Assembly: GCA_004431415.1 (NCBI GenBank)
Contig: QPMI01000071.1
Location: 1 to 64,000 of the forward strand
Source: Cyanophora paradoxa CCMP329
Lineage: Eukaryota; Plantae; Glaucophyta
Length of the DNA: 64,000 bases
Direction of reading: 5' to 3'
The notes under the pieces are model-generated. The model saw nothing but the letters and a program-made list of their open reading frames with translations, did no database searches and was not told the origin of the DNA. Positions 36,601 through 48,430 of the stretch are shown here, in pieces. How positions within the stretch are numbered: position 1 is the first letter of the stretch; every line of letters begins with the position of its first letter. A program made the position numbers and the translations under genes.

Positions 36601-39600
36601 CAGGTTTGACGTTCGTATCACCGGTCGTCCCTTTGCGCTCTTTGTAGCCGGTTTCGGAAGGCATGCCGCGGAGAAGAAGGGGCTCCAGGCGATGGGCACG
36701 ACAACGTGGACCTCTTCGCGGTAGCGAGCGAGGGACTCGGGGCTCGAGAGTTGGAAGACGACCATCGTCTCGCCGGGCGGTACCTGGGACGCGAGAACTT
36801 CGAGGTGCCAAGGCTGCAAATCCTGGCACATCGCGATGACCGACTTGCTCCGTCGCATCGCACGGAGGAGTCTCTTCCACGATTTCTTCCGGATGCCGTT
36901 GAACGTCTCGGAGCTCGAAAAGCGACCGAGCAAGCAGTTAAGCTCGTCCGCAATGAGAATCCCGCGCCGCGAGTCGATGTTCTTGACGTTTTCAGCCTTG
37001 TGAAAGCTCTCCGCGCACACGACGATGCGATCGTGCATCAATCGCTTTTTCTTGTCCCGTCTGCTCTTCTCCTTGGCATTTCCGGCACCGTCCCGGTAAC
37101 CTCGGAAGCGCTGCGCGTGAAGGGGGCTGTTCTCGTCAACCTCGCCTTGCGCGCGTCCGTTTGCGATGTACGTAGCGTAGCGAGCCGTGGGCTCGGAGGC
37201 CGTGGCCGTCGATAAGAGTTGCGATTCGAGATAGTTGAGAAGTCCGTTCGGGTTGTCGGCGAGCACGGCGCGCGTCTTCTGCGCGCCGCATCCGGCTGCA
37301 ATCGCGATGGTGTGGGGAAGGGCCACCTTGGGGTCCGTTGAGGAGCGCAGCCGGGTCACCATCACGCCGTCGCCGAGGTGGGGAAGATCGTCGATCATGA
37401 TGACCTTGTAATTGCACGACGGGTGTAGATGCCGCGGTCTTGTCGCCTCCGGGATGAGGGGCTGGTCGATCGGGTGGCGAAAGATCCTGGGCGAGGCGGG
37501 CGCCACTGCGGGCGACGCGAAGGAGAGGTCGGGACGCGCGTCGGCCGAGTGACTGAGCATTGGCTCCAGAACGTTGGTTCGAATGGCATCCGAGACGGCC
37601 ATCAGCTGGTCTTTGACCGGGTTTTGAAAGAAAATGCTCCGCTTGAGCTCCATGCCACACGCTCCGGCCATGAAGCGGGCCGGACCTGACCCGACTTGGC
37701 GACGGAGATAAAGTGCGTCGTCGAACTTTGTAAACGCGGCCCGCAACGCGGCCGCGTCCACGCGAGAGAGGGACGCGTTGCACGTCTCCGTCTGATCTTG
37801 ACCGTTCAAGCTCTTGTAGCGGCACTTTACCCAGACTTTTCCGTCGAGAAGGCTGACGCAGGCCATGTGGTTCGTCTCGTCCTTCGAGCCGTAGTAGACG
37901 GCAATGACGAGGCGGTTTACCTTGGCCTCGAGCACCTCCCAGTACGGATGGATGACGTCGCGTTCCTCGGCGGGCGTTGCGCCGACGGCGTCGAGGCTCC
38001 GAGCGAGCTTGGGAAGCGGCGGAAGGTCGGACTCGTACACGCACGAGTGGAGCATGGCGTTGAGGGTTTCGAAGAAATTCTTCTCGAGCTCCACAATCTT
38101 TTCGCCCGGACCCCCGTATGCCGTCGTGGTGAAGTGGATCGCGTGGTTCAGCTCGCACTGAGAGCTCATACAACGGACGCTCGCCCGAAACACGCCAGGC
38201 ATGCCGTTTCCGCAAACGGTGACGAGGGCGCGGTTGGTCTTATGGTGGAGACCGTACGGACACTCGCCCTGCAACGCGTTGAGGGGATTCGGAACGGTCA
38301 CAAAGTTGAAGTAATTGATGGTTCGGCCGCTGTTGCACGTCTTGGCGTTGCGGCTCGTAAACGTAAGCGCCCGATGGCCGTCCGGGAAGAGCTTTTCGCA
38401 CACGCGAAACGCGACATCGAATGCCTCTTTGCACTCCGACGAGCCGCCGCCGACGTCGCTCCCAGCAATTGTAATCGACGGCACCGGTAGCGCGCTCGGT
38501 GGCTGGCCGTGGGAAGACTCGCCGACGCTCGGGATGGGATGGATTCGCTCGTAGTTCGCTGCGATATAGTCGTGAAGGCGACGGAGGTGCCCCGAGAACG
38601 CCTCGATCGCCCGTGGGTCGGGCGCCTCGCGAGGGATGGGAACATCGAGGAAATCTTTGTTGGGGTCGAGCGGTGGGTAGATCATCGCACAGTACGAGTT
38701 GCTCTTCGGGTTTCGCGCGTCCGGAAGGCGTAGACCTTGGCCGCGGCTCCAAACTCCCTCGTCGACATGACGCGAGATGCAGGCGATCTTCTCCTCGGAG
38801 AGCACCTTGAAAACCCGCGAGAACCGCGCCGAGATCTCGTTGCGAAGGCTAGACGCGCCCTCCGGATTGTCCAGACGAAGGCAAAAATGCTCAAAGTCGT
38901 CGTGAAAGACATGGGCCCCGCGGAAGCCCAGGACGACGAAGGGCTTACGGTCGGGACCGAAAGTCTTTGCGATCTCGACGGCGCACTCGACCACACGCTC
39001 CAGCGCGGCGCTACCGCGGATGTACTCGGCGTACGTGCGGCATTTGTCAAAGTGCTCCTTAAGGGACTTGAGCGCCGCGCCGTCGCCCATCCGGTGCGCG
39101 CTGCTCGACGATTTGAGAAGCTTCTCGCGTCCAGCGCACGCCTCGCTCAGGTCGGCGTCCACATCCACATAGGCGCGGCTGTACACGACGGTTTCGCGAC
39201 CGCCCGACGCCGCGATCACCTTGTAGTCGAAGGTGGACTTGAGGAACTTGCCGCGAAAATCATCTGCCTCCAGACGACGAGCGGAATGGAAGGCGAATTT
39301 TGGGCCAATGTACGGATTGTGGGGATTGTTTCCGACGGGCTTGACGAAGGCCTCGATTGTCGGCGGGGGAGAGGGCCAGGGCGGCTCGGCGCGCTCGGAG
39401 CCGGCGGCCTCTGGTGCGGCGAGCTCGAGCATGCGCGTGCCCGCGACGCACGCGTCCGCCATCTCGACATCGACGTCGCGATCGGCCGTCGAGATCGCCT
39501 TGGCCCCCGCCGCGGCCTCGCGATCGTGGTTCGCCGGCAACACCTCCATGCTCTTCGTTTGCGATATCGATATCGATTGTGCGCCGATTTCAGCGCCCCG

Positions 39601-39669
39601 TTCGCCTTTTCCAGCAGCAGGCGAGGGCGGAAGAATCGCACGAATTCGTGCGTCCGTCTCGACACTCAT
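33697..39669 (-). CDS. AEP (PrimPol/herpes-NCLDV type) primase + Zn finger + UL9/origin-binding-type SF2 helicase fusion, ~1990 aa, intronless
   Basis: AEP motifs: AYVDVDADL, LGFRGAHVF, VDEGVWSRGQGLRLP. Zn finger: CPYGLHHKTN...RCMSSQC. Helicase motifs: IAAGCGAQKT, VVCAESFHK, ILIADELNCLLGRF, SVIAMCQDL, WNTKDVIMANYVVQVGFD, QANNRVRHL. Start placed at MSVETD, ~70 nt downstream of a TATATAA box. Confidence 0.85.
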   Translation of the reverse strand: MSVETDARIRAILPPSPAAGKGERGAEIGAQSISISQTKSMEVLPANHDREAAAGAKAISTADRDVDVEMADACVAGTRMLELAAPEAAGSERAEPPWPSPPPTIEAFVKPVGNNPHNPYIGPKFAFHSARRLEADDFRGKFLKSTFDYKVIAASGGRETVVYSRAYVDVDADLSEACAGREKLLKSSSSAHRMGDGAALKSLKEHFDKCRTYAEYIRGSAALERVVECAVEIAKTFGPDRKPFVVLGFRGAHVFHDDFEHFCLRLDNPEGASSLRNEISARFSRVFKVLSEEKIACISRHVDEGVWSRGQGLRLPDARNPKSNSYCAMIYPPLDPNKDFLDVPIPREAPDPRAIEAFSGHLRRLHDYIAANYERIHPIPSVGESSHGQPPSALPVPSITIAGSDVGGGSSECKEAFDVAFRVCEKLFPDGHRALTFTSRNAKTCNSGRTINYFNFVTVPNPLNALQGECPYGLHHKTNRALVTVCGNGMPGVFRASVRCMSSQCELNHAIHFTTTAYGGPGEKIVELEKNFFETLNAMLHSCVYESDLPPLPKLARSLDAVGATPAEERDVIHPYWEVLEAKVNRLVIAVYYGSKDETNHMACVSLLDGKVWVKCRYKSLNGQDQTETCNASLSRVDAAALRAAFTKFDDALYLRRQVGSGPARFMAGACGMELKRSIFFQNPVKDQLMAVSDAIRTNVLEPMLSHSADARPDLSFASPAVAPASPRIFRHPIDQPLIPEATRPRHLHPSCNYKVIMIDDLPHLGDGVMVTRLRSSTDPKVALPHTIAIAAGCGAQKTRAVLADNPNGLLNYLESQLLSTATASEPTARYATYIANGRAQGEVDENSPLHAQRFRGYRDGAGNAKEKSRRDKKKRLMHDRIVVCAESFHKAENVKNIDSRRGILIADELNCLLGRFSSSETFNGIRKKSWKRLLRAMRRSKSVIAMCQDLQPWHLEVLASQVPPGETMVVFQLSSPESLARYREEVHVVVPIAWSPFFSAACLPKPATKSAKGRPVIRTSNLHADKQHMFRNFAVMAALNPQFTEKRVLLGFADCPAERRRDLNDAEKWNTKDVIMANYVVQVGFDGHVFRPKFRLMTDAGRTGGTDREVQANNRVRHLEELPSANHVRLNMYCQRFSDADKEATLPVDPNAIFSSAWAGRLAELEKGRSDLFQRERNEDDESFERRWREYVEEERLLAMVYANVTAERNAHHTWPDRMLVEKLMCHLGAQRVYIANHGDLLERVSLDAKEFKSLVAEVGRTGDAVYKSQEYAPNLLATTPGISFDCRFHGDFVRFVSKSGDDRNGSGNSLGEEFGISQDDATEEYESAIQAVLNKAQVSMTLGQPLYATTPEDFMASKTIESMRRRARLGIYLTQVDEPTYAAREAKCDIDNVASNSSGSACNPFTRVKKSTEMILATLGVPELHPLHPLHPFNFHLPTIAFGSIDDVKAAGLARLAASPALVDLKIVEGPLLARALALRGDTGASDGAIKAVVEEFEASLASGSKRLPSERRPEEEALEDAESEAIKMAASDTDEDGGKGSEGEERPSKKARTAEDRATLSRRLDSCLYRVYRSAVAYAIESLGGKLVKVASPCIARGKAPDGSPVEFRINPPGNVADAARLAVALKPQTRNGSPDTSEQYESDVRAYLSANSAVAAALRCMRGGGKVPDLHPSALVPQQLRQIAHPLWAPDTEDEIKDLLYWTAIPGPAEGSEYVPQYAALDYSTAEGARRFLECVSKSKLAAALTIPEDFLRRIGAPLDTPSIAEIAGRGLQGDPRYTPTGIDRREEHRIACVVSMMRAVEACIAGPDRKNGGFWEMMEQEVEIRPLCGPETGCARGEHAEACKVEHVRVGGAWVSFSAMADANKHIVLADGRALGKDHSPLATELLDALEEGLGPRAPRVLRSNTYKGSQQRVKIDGKEKRLHGHFFPSIYLEIDWLGGGLDGPAPPPAPAPAPAPIPEFEAVTAPPAPDCIPAPGTEADAMQI

Positions 39670-39724
39670 GTCCGAGGGCCGGGTACCGTCGACGTCCGGG
39701 GCCCGGACCTTCACGGCACGCCCC

Positions 39725-39782
39725 GGGCCCGTCTCCTTATATATGTGCCGGCCCCTCCCGGCACGTGCACGGCCCCACGGCC
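39725..39782. promoter_or_regulatory. Compact divergent promoter with TTATATAT box (copy 1 at ~5530-5586)
   Basis: CCTTATATATGTG is the only AT-rich patch in the ~113 nt between the helicase ATG (-, 39669) and the Cys-rich ORF ATG (+, 39783). Confidence 0.5.
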
Positions 39783-40223
39783 ATGACCATGGCCATGGCC
39801 CCTCCTCGAGCTCCCGAGCCCCGCGTCGGGGATCGCGTCCCCCGGCCCCTCCCCGCCCCCGCCCGGACCTGCCGGGCCTGCGGCGGAGCCGCTCCTCTCG
39901 TCCGCCGCAGTGCACTCTGCTGCGCCTGCCGAGCGCGGTACGAGCGCGAGCGCAGGAGGGCCGTGCGCGTGACCGCGGGGGGCCCCTGCCCCGCGGCCAG
40001 CGACGTCGACCCCCGCGTCGGACGCGTGCGCCGCATCTGCAAGCGATCCGACGGGCTCGTCGTCGCCTACTGCGGCCGCTGCCGAATCGTCTTACCCCTC
40101 CAGTCCTTCCAGATGGCGACTGAGGGCAGGTTTTACAAGCGGTGCCCAACGTGTCGGCGCGAGGACGATCGAGCTAGAGCGGCGAGGCTGAGGGGGCGCG
40201 CCGTCTTGGAGAAAATTGCATAA
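39783..40223 (+). CDS. Small Cys-rich zinc-ribbon protein (~146 aa)
   Basis: Paired cysteines CRAC, CCAC, CGRC, CPTC; ATG downstream of the TATA; stop followed by an AT-rich TAAATAGA. Confidence 0.55.
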   Translation: MTMAMAPPRAPEPRVGDRVPRPLPAPARTCRACGGAAPLVRRSALCCACRARYERERRRAVRVTAGGPCPAASDVDPRVGRVRRICKRSDGLVVAYCGRCRIVLPLQSFQMATEGRFYKRCPTCRREDDRARAARLRGRAVLEKIA

Positions 40224-40265
40224 ATAGATGCGAAACGCGGGAGCATTCGAGGTACCCACTGGGCC

Positions 40266-40936
40266 ATGACGCTCGAGCTCGTCCCGTACGACCCCAAGTG
40301 GGGCGCTGCCCGCTGCTGGCTCGCCGTCGAGCCCGAAGAGGATTCGAGCGTGCGGTACGAGGCGGTTGAGCAGCCGCTCGATGGGGACCCGGCGAGGGAT
40401 TTTCGCGCACGTCGTCAGCACGAACAGTTTGCGACGCTTTGCTTTGTGGCGTGGCGGTGCTTTCGCAATCGTTTCCGCGAGCCTCCTCGGGGAATCTGCG
40501 TTCCGGACGAGTGTCCCGTCTGTCTGGACCGCCTCTTGCGGCCCGTCGCCCTCTCCTGCGGACACGTAATGGATTTCCACTGCCTCGTACGCGTGCATCA
40601 CGCCACGTGCCCCTCTGCCGCGCCGCGGTCGAGCCAGACGGGATCTACGCGCTGACCGACGAGCACCGTCGCCGGGCGGCCTCGGAGGAGGGTTACGTCC
40701 AGCGGCTTCGCGAGGCCGCCTCGCCCGACGGCGATCTCGGCTGGATGGCCGATCGGATCCGGCGAAGGCTCGCGGACCCGTCTTGGATGGCGTGGGACTC
40801 GGCCGAAGAGCGCGAGAGGAAGGCGCGCCTGCAATTGTACAGAAACTGCGGCGCGTCGAGGGCTGCGGCCGGTATCGATGCTCCATTTTCGCAGAGAGCC
40901 TCGGCCGTGGCGGTCGGCGGCGCATGCGCAGGCTGA
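40266..40936 (+). CDS. RING-finger protein, copy 2 (1-nt deletion in a C-run at ~40610)
   Basis: Duplicate of 6066-6737. Confidence 0.8.
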
Positions 40937-42223
40937 ACGTCGGACGCGTATACGTGCATGTACGCGTACGTATAGCGCGTATACGGCCGCAACCATAGCC
41001 AGTCGAGCTAACGTACGCGAAGTACTCAGCCGAGTCCCAGTACGAGTAAACTTGTAAATGAAATGAATCAAAATCGTCCTCGTCGAGCTCGAGCTCGAGA
41101 GAGTGTGTCGCGGTCGCGGCCGATAGCGATAGCACAACGCGAGCACGTCCGCGCGCGGCGTGGGCGTCGGCCCTCGGCAGGCCGGCGCCCCACGCACAGG
41201 CCTAAGGTCGGCGCGCGCGCGACCATGGGCGGCGCGCCCTCGAGCTCGAGCTCGAACGCGAGCTGGCGGCGCCTGGCGCTCGCGGCGGGCGCGGCGGAGC
41301 GCGGACGCGCGCGCAATTCGTGTCTCAGCGCGGGACAGCGCCGGCGGATGGCTATAGGCTATAGCTAGCGCTGGCGCCGCCGGGCCGGCCGCGTCGGCGC
41401 GGGGCCCGGGGGCTCGAGCTCGGCGCCTCGCCCCGGACTTCGAGCGCCCGCGGCCGGCGCAGCACTAGTACGTATACTGGGATCCGGACCGCCGGCGCCG
41501 GACCGGCTGCAGGGGCCGGGCCGCGGCCGCCGGGCTCGGCGTCGCGCGCGGCGACATCGATCTCAGGAGTCCCGCGCCCGTTGCCGGGCCACTCCGAGCC
41601 CCTAGGCAAAGCGGCCTCGCCTCCGTGACAGATCTAGCCATAGACGGCCGCGGCCCGCGCCGCGGGCCGCGCGCGGGCCGGCGGGCGGCGGGCGGAGGCG
41701 ATTGCGACCCTAGATGGTTCGCCCTCGGCTCCGTGACAGTGACTCAGTGACTCTACCGGTACGGCGGTACCGTCTCTACGGCGGAGTCTACGCCGACTCG
41801 ACGTGCGACGTCGACGTCGACTCTCTCGCCGAGTCCCGGCCCCGGGTCCGGGTCCGACGTCGACGCCGACTCGACGTCGACGGTCGCCGAGTAACATCAC
41901 TGTACAGTGTACATATATACTATGATACTCAGGCTATGATATATATGTACACCATAGTCGAGCTCGAGCGGCCGTCGGACCGCGAGTACTACGGTACGAG
42001 TTCCGAAGTTCGAATTCGAAGAACTGATCATGATGCGCATGCGCATTCAATGATTCAATGATATCGATCATGATCATGATCATGATTGCGCATGCGCCGT
42101 GCACATGTACTAGGTACGTCATCATCGGCGTCATGATGATATGGATGCCATGATGCGCATCACGCGCGCGACGGGTACCGGGCGTACTACCGGCCCGGCG
42201 GTGGTCCAGCTAGTGCAGTCGAC

Positions 42224-42356
42224 GTCGCGTTGAAGTTCACGCGACGGGTGGTCCGGTGCAGTCGCGTTGAAGTTCACGCGACGGGTGGTGCTGTGCAGTC
42301 GCGTTGAAGTTCACGCGACGGGTGGTCCGGTGCAGTCGCGTTGAAGTTCACGCGAC
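42224..42356. repeat. 4 x 37-bp palindromic tandem repeat, copy 2
   Basis: Duplicate of 8028-8160. Confidence 0.9.
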
Positions 42357-44289
42357 GGTCCAGGGCAAAACGAAATAATTTCGATCATGAAAATAATTCT
42401 ATTTTCCATGAATGACCCCCCGAGCCGGCGCGCGAGGGGCCCGAGGGCTCAGGTCTTTTATATGTTTTGAGCCCATGGGACACGCGCGAGGGGCTGCGCG
42501 AGGGGTCTTTTATATCATTTAGAATTAGATGTCGGCCAAAAATAGACCCGGCCGGGGGCCGGGACCGTAAAATATTTTTAATTTAATTGCCACGTATAAA
42601 AACGTACCGGAATTGCCGAGTCGATAAATTGCCGAGGCCAGCTAGACAATTAAATTGAGACAATTGCCAAGTTCTTCTATGGCGTCCTAAGAGAATCCCT
42701 ACCCCAAACAACATTGCCGTGTCGTTAAATTGCCGAATTCGGCGCGCGTATACGTCTCGGCAATTATTAATTACTAAGTTAATTAATATTTGCGGCAAGT
42801 TGCCGGCAACTACGCGGCCTACGCCGGCCGTAATGCGGCCGCGGTACTACCGTACGCGTAGTACGTATACAGCCCGGCCGCGGCCCGCCGTATACGTACT
42901 ACGTAGTAGTACGGTAGTACTACGTATACGCGGCGACCGCGGCGCCAGGCGCCGCCAGCTATAGCTATTAGCTACTAGCCTAGTAGGCTATAGCCTACAG
43001 CTGCGCTTCTGCGCTACAGCTTCACCCGGGCGGTCGGAGCTGTACGTATACTACTACGGTATACGTAACCGTCGCGACCGCCCGGTGCGGCGCGCGCGCC
43101 GGCCCCAGTCGATCCCAGACTCCGGCCAGGCTCCCGGCCGGGCCGGCCCTCGAACGGACCGTCGGACGCAGTGCGCGCCCGATTTGCCGGCGGGTAGAAT
43201 CTGGCAGTTCGCCTACCATTAGCTCGGGTCGAACGAGCGTCGATCCGAGCACCATGCATATATATATGCATATGCATGTCGATGGCGACGTCGACGGCCC
43301 ATCAAAGTGCGCATGCGTGGCGGGCCGAAGAACCGATCTGGACCCTCTGAGATGATGTTAGATCACTTTTCAAAGTTTCGCGCAGGACCCCGCCGACGGC
43401 ATTTTGATGGCTCACTCGACCGAGCCTCCCGGCCCGTCGGAGGCATGCTCTAATGCATCAAACGTTGATTACTGATCGCTCTCTTATTCGCCATCGAGGA
43501 GGACGATGATGGCTCGCGCGCCCGGCGGCCGCTCGGGCGCTCTAGATCTAGATCTGCGGCCAAGACGTTCCCCTCCGTGCCGCAGTGCGCTTTAGCGAGC
43601 GCGTGCACGCACTGTTGTCGTTCTGTAACGCATACCGCGCGGGTTGAACTCAAGATGGAGTTCTCGCCCGCACGGGGGGCTATGCGGCGTGCACAACGCG
43701 GAGACGCGCTTGCGGCCGTCCGCCGCCGCGGGCCCTCGCCCCGCCGCGCCCCGTTCCTCCCGGAGTCCAGCCCGCGCTGCCCGGCCACCGTCCGCCGCCC
43801 GCGGCCGCGGGCCCTCGCCCCGCCGCGCCCCGTTCCTCTAGCCCGCACTGCGGCCATCCGCCGCCGCGGGCCCTCGCCCCGCCGGCGCGCCGCGTCCCGT
43901 CCCTCCATCCCTCCCCCCTCCGGATCCGTACCTAGTCTCGCCCCCTGCGGCTTCCATTGTTCGCCACATTGCGACGGGAAGATAGGATTTCTAATTATAA
44001 AATGGAACAACGTTCTATAGCTATAGCTAGCTAGCTCCGAGGCTCTAGGGCTCTCTAGATATAGGAGTATGTAGTTCGCTTATCAATCGGGGCATGCGCA
44101 CCCCCTGCCTTTCCCTTTCCCCGACCCCAGAATCTGACTTTCTCTCTTCTTTTGCAATCAGAAAACCTCTTTACATACACGTTAACCAATCTGTAATAAG
44201 AAGAACAAGAACGTAATAAAAGTACAAGGTTTTTAATTGTCCGAAGAGTACTAGACTAGTTAAATTAAAGGGAAAGATAGAACGAAAGC

Positions 44290-47200
44290 CTAAATCATAC
44301 CATCAAATTGTCGCCGATCGGCCCGCTTGGTGCCTGGCGGGAGGAGTGTGATTCGAGCACGAGATGGACAGGAGGGCGGGTTCCGAACCGCGGGCGCATC
44401 CTCGTCGACCTCGTCGGCCTTGCGCTTGCGGCTGCTGGGGGGCGAGGTGTCGGGCGGCGTTGCTCCATCTTCTGCGCGAGGATCAAGGTTGGGGCGCGAG
44501 GCACGGGTCGGCACTGCATACCTTTCGGAGAGCCGACGGGCGTGGCGACCGGTACGGGGGCTTGGCGGGCGCCCCTGCCTCGGCCGCGTGCGGCTCCGCG
44601 CGCGCGCCCCCGGCCACGAGGTACTCTCCTCGCGGGAGCGGAGCTTTGGCGACCTCTACGCTTTTGCGGGGCTGTTGCCGGGTGCCCCACGGTCGCCGCC
44701 GATGCCGCGGGCGCAGACGCGGGCGCCGATGCAGGCGCCGCGGCCCCCGCCGCGTCCTCGGAACGCCTCCCTGCGCGCTTGCCCGTGCGAAATGCTTCGC
44801 ATTGCGCGAGGGACCGGTCCAGCGGCTCCTTCGGCTCCCCTCGGCGGACGGCCTGTTTCACGCTCTCGTAGTCGATGTCCTTTTTCCTGTCGTCCTGATT
44901 AAGCAAGAACGGGGCACGCGATGGGGACGGACCTGATTTCGTGGAGATGAACCCCGAAAACTTCCTCGAAGACCTGGTACGTGAAGCCCGCTGACATTGC
45001 GTCCGACGCGAGCTCGTCGAGGTTCTCGTCGGCGAAGCACTCCTCACGGAAGAGACGCTTGACCGACGGGGGGAGTCCCTTCTCCTGCCGCTTCTCGTTC
45101 TTCACATTGGCCGCCTCCTCCTGCTTGAACTTCATGATGGACTTGATGATCTCGCGGCGGAGTTTGGCGTCGGGTGGGGGCATGAAGATGCTGCGAACAG
45201 GGATTAAACGCGAACGAATACGCACAGGACGGCGTACTGCTTCCGGAAGCGACGAAAAAACTTGTCGTCCATGTTGAGCGGATAGTTGGTCGCGGCGACT
45301 ATAATCGGACCACGGCCGGGGTCGCCTGTGCGAACTCGCCGGTGCTCGACGTCGTTGTAGAGTTTGTCCACCGCCGTCGCAAACTAACACTCTGTGAGTC
45401 GCGGGAAACGTGCACGAGCACTCGAGCGTACCGTGTTCAGGACCTTCTGCTGCAGTTCGTCCGTCGACGGCTTGGAAGCTGGGACGGTCGTATCCACCTC
45501 GCTGGACCAGACGTTATTACGAGAGCGCCATATTTATCACAGGAATCGAGGGTGAACGCACTCTAACATAAAAACGACGTCCTGCATGTCGTGGGCGATG
45601 TTGAAGAACGCCTCGACGACCTTCTCGGATTGCCCGTACTGCTGCAAGATCAGGGATGGAGCGGGTGCGCCGGCGAACGGGCGAGCACGTATTCGTTGAT
45701 CTGGGACGGCTTGTACTCGAGGAAGCTGTACCCGATGCGGCGAGCGAGCTCGCGCGCGAACTGTGACTTGCCTGTGCCCTGCGCGACGCAAATCAGCGAG
45801 CGCGAAGCGGGCCCCCGCGCGGAATCACGGACCGGCGGGCCGAACAAGAGGACTCCAGTGGGCGAGAGGCGCTGAAGGGACGGCCACTCGTCCGCCGCCT
45901 CGTCTCCCTCGTCGGGGTCCAACCGGTTTGGACCGAGGGCCTGCTCGAGGTCTTCCATGGTCCCCTCCGGAACGACTGGCGACCGAGTCGGATAAGATTC
46001 ATCGAGGCGCGGGCGACACGCTCGCACCATAGGGATGCATGCTCGCGAGGCGCTCGTTGTCGATGAACGCCTTTTTGATGTTCTCCGCGGCCTCCGCCCT
46101 GAGCCCACACACCGCCTTGCCCCACGCCGTTTCGAAGTCCAACTTTCTGTCGGAGAACGTGAGAACGGATCGCCCCCCGCCGCGAGGTGCGGGCAAGAGG
46201 CACCGATCCATGTCGGGGGTCGGTCTTGGGCCATTGTGGTGCAGGTAGAGGGGGTTGTTCGGGTGGTAGATTGGGATCTCGGGGTCGAGGAGGCATGACA
46301 GAAGGGCGTCGTCGCCACGCAAGCCTTCCTCCGCCACGTGTGCTTCTAGCGACCTTCGGACGGTCTTGATGAGCTCATCTCCGCGCTCCGCCTTCTGCCG
46401 CCTACTCTCCTCGCTCTTCGACGCTCGACCGCCCTTGGGCGGGGGCGGGGGCGCGGCCGCCGCGCCGGAGCCGTCGGCGCCGCCCCCCGCCCCCCGGCGC
46501 GCGTGCTCCTCCACATCGAGGACCGCCTGCCCAAGAGAGAAGTTGGGCGCGTTGAGCTTCTTCACGTGCGTTCGCGTCGTCTTCGGGCCCATCATGCGCA
46601 GACAGGGAAACGCCCGGAGCGCCGCGCCGATCTTGCGAATCCGCAGAAGCTGCGCATGCGAGCGAGGCGTCAGGGTGGCGCCCGCGCCGACGAGCGGGAT
46701 CGGGGCGGACCACATCGACCAAATTCTTCTTCCCCTTTTCGATGTCGGTGTGGTTGACCGTCTTGTCGCGAAAGTCTTGGACCGTCCCCGTCGTTTCGAG
46801 GGAGAGCATCTTCGCCCAGTCGAGCTTGCCGCCCGGATCTCGATCGAAATCCGCTATCTTCTCCTCGACGAGGCCTCGAATCCGTTCGCTCAGGGTCTTG
46901 CTGCTCAACGACTCGACCGCTCGCCCCGCCTTCTTCTGCGCATCCTCCTCCTCTATCCGCCGACCCTCGTACTCGTAGAAAAGGACGACATACTGCGACG
47001 AAAGAGCTCGTCGGCGGGCAGAGTGGGAATGGGATTGGGAGGCGTTGTACCTGGCAAACCATCATAAAGGTCGCGGTGTTCTCCAGCTCGCCTGCCGTGA
47101 CGATGGAAGCGGCCGCCGACATGAACCGATCCAGCTCCCTGTACTTGCTCGGATCGTTCTTGATTTGCGAGATGAGATCCACAGGTGCGGAGGCGGCGAG

Positions 47201-48430
47201 CCCGCGCATGGCCGCGGACAGCTCGCCCGACGCGAACGGGTTGACGCTGACAATTGCGCTGTTGGAGGAGCTTTCGCTCGCATCCGCCACCACCGTGCCC
47301 GCTGGCGCCGGCGCCGTGCTCGACGACGGCAAGGCTGCGGCTGGCGAATGCTGAGGTGGTCGAGGGACGACCCGCCGAAAGCTGCCGAGCCAGCCATCCG
47401 CGAGATTCTCGACGATGACCTCCGCCCTGTACTCGACCGTCGCGTCGGCGCGACGCGTACGGCCCTTGCGCGGGCGGTCTTGATCATCGTCCGAATCGTC
47501 GCCAGCTTCTTCGGCCTGCTCGTCCTCCTCGTTCTCCTCGTTTTCTTCTCCTCCGTCGCCGTCGCCGGCCTTGCCGTCGCCGCCGTTCGCCTTCTTGGGA
47601 CCTTCTTTCTCCTGCCGGCGCTGCCCTTTCTCCGGCTTCGAATTCTTTTCGCGCGCCGCGGCCGAGTCGAACACGCGCTTGAACAGATCCCAACGCTGGT
47701 TCGCCGCCCGCTGCAGGCCCTCCGGAAGCCCCGCAGTGTCGTGGTACTTTGCACAGACGGAGCCTGTGTTCCCGAGATTGACGGCCTCGGGGACTCCTCC
47801 GCATGCGCTGCGCATCGAGCGGGTTACAACGAGACACTCTACACAGTCGGTACGATGCGCACCACTCCGCAATCGCGTTCCTGTAGCCGCGGAAGCGCTC
47901 GTCCGAGATGAAGCACGGAAGACACAATCGGCGTCGTGCGCCGCAGTCGGGCTTGCAGAACGAGACCGGGAGCAACAACACCTGCTTACATACGACACAA
48001 TGACCCTCCGCTGCGGATCGGCGTTAGCGGAGCACGGCGCGCCGCGGTGCTCGTCATAGCGCGCACCCGTCGACTGGGGCGGCGGGGCGGCGTTCGGCGG
48101 CTTCTGCGGACCTACGCTCCCGCCCGACTGCATCCGCTACGCGGAGCTTTCGCGTGGGCGGAGCTTTCACGGTACCCAGCCGGCCAAGCGGTGTCTCCCA
48201 TCTGCTAAGACGCGTTCCAGCCGGTCTGCCGCGTTTTTTCGTCCCTTTCGAGCATCGTTGAGCCCCCCTTTCAATTCCGGCCTCGCCCCGGATGAGGACG
48301 ACAGCATCGGCGAATTCGCGTGCGTTCGTCTCGTATGCAGCCTGAAACGCGAGCGCGCATGTCGGCGCGCCCTTGCGTGCCCTAGCTCGCGAGCGCGAAC
48401 ATGAGAGGTCGAGCCCACATCGTGGTCCAT
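44290..48430 (-). CDS. RING-like + AAA ATPase spliced gene, copy 2
   Basis: Duplicate; the intron splitting Walker A lies at 45779-45832. Confidence 0.8.

Noticed and set aside
39670-40149. N-terminal 160-aa extension of the 2150-aa ORF
   Set aside because: Arg/Gly-rich antisense shadow of the Cys-rich + strand gene; it spans the TATA box.
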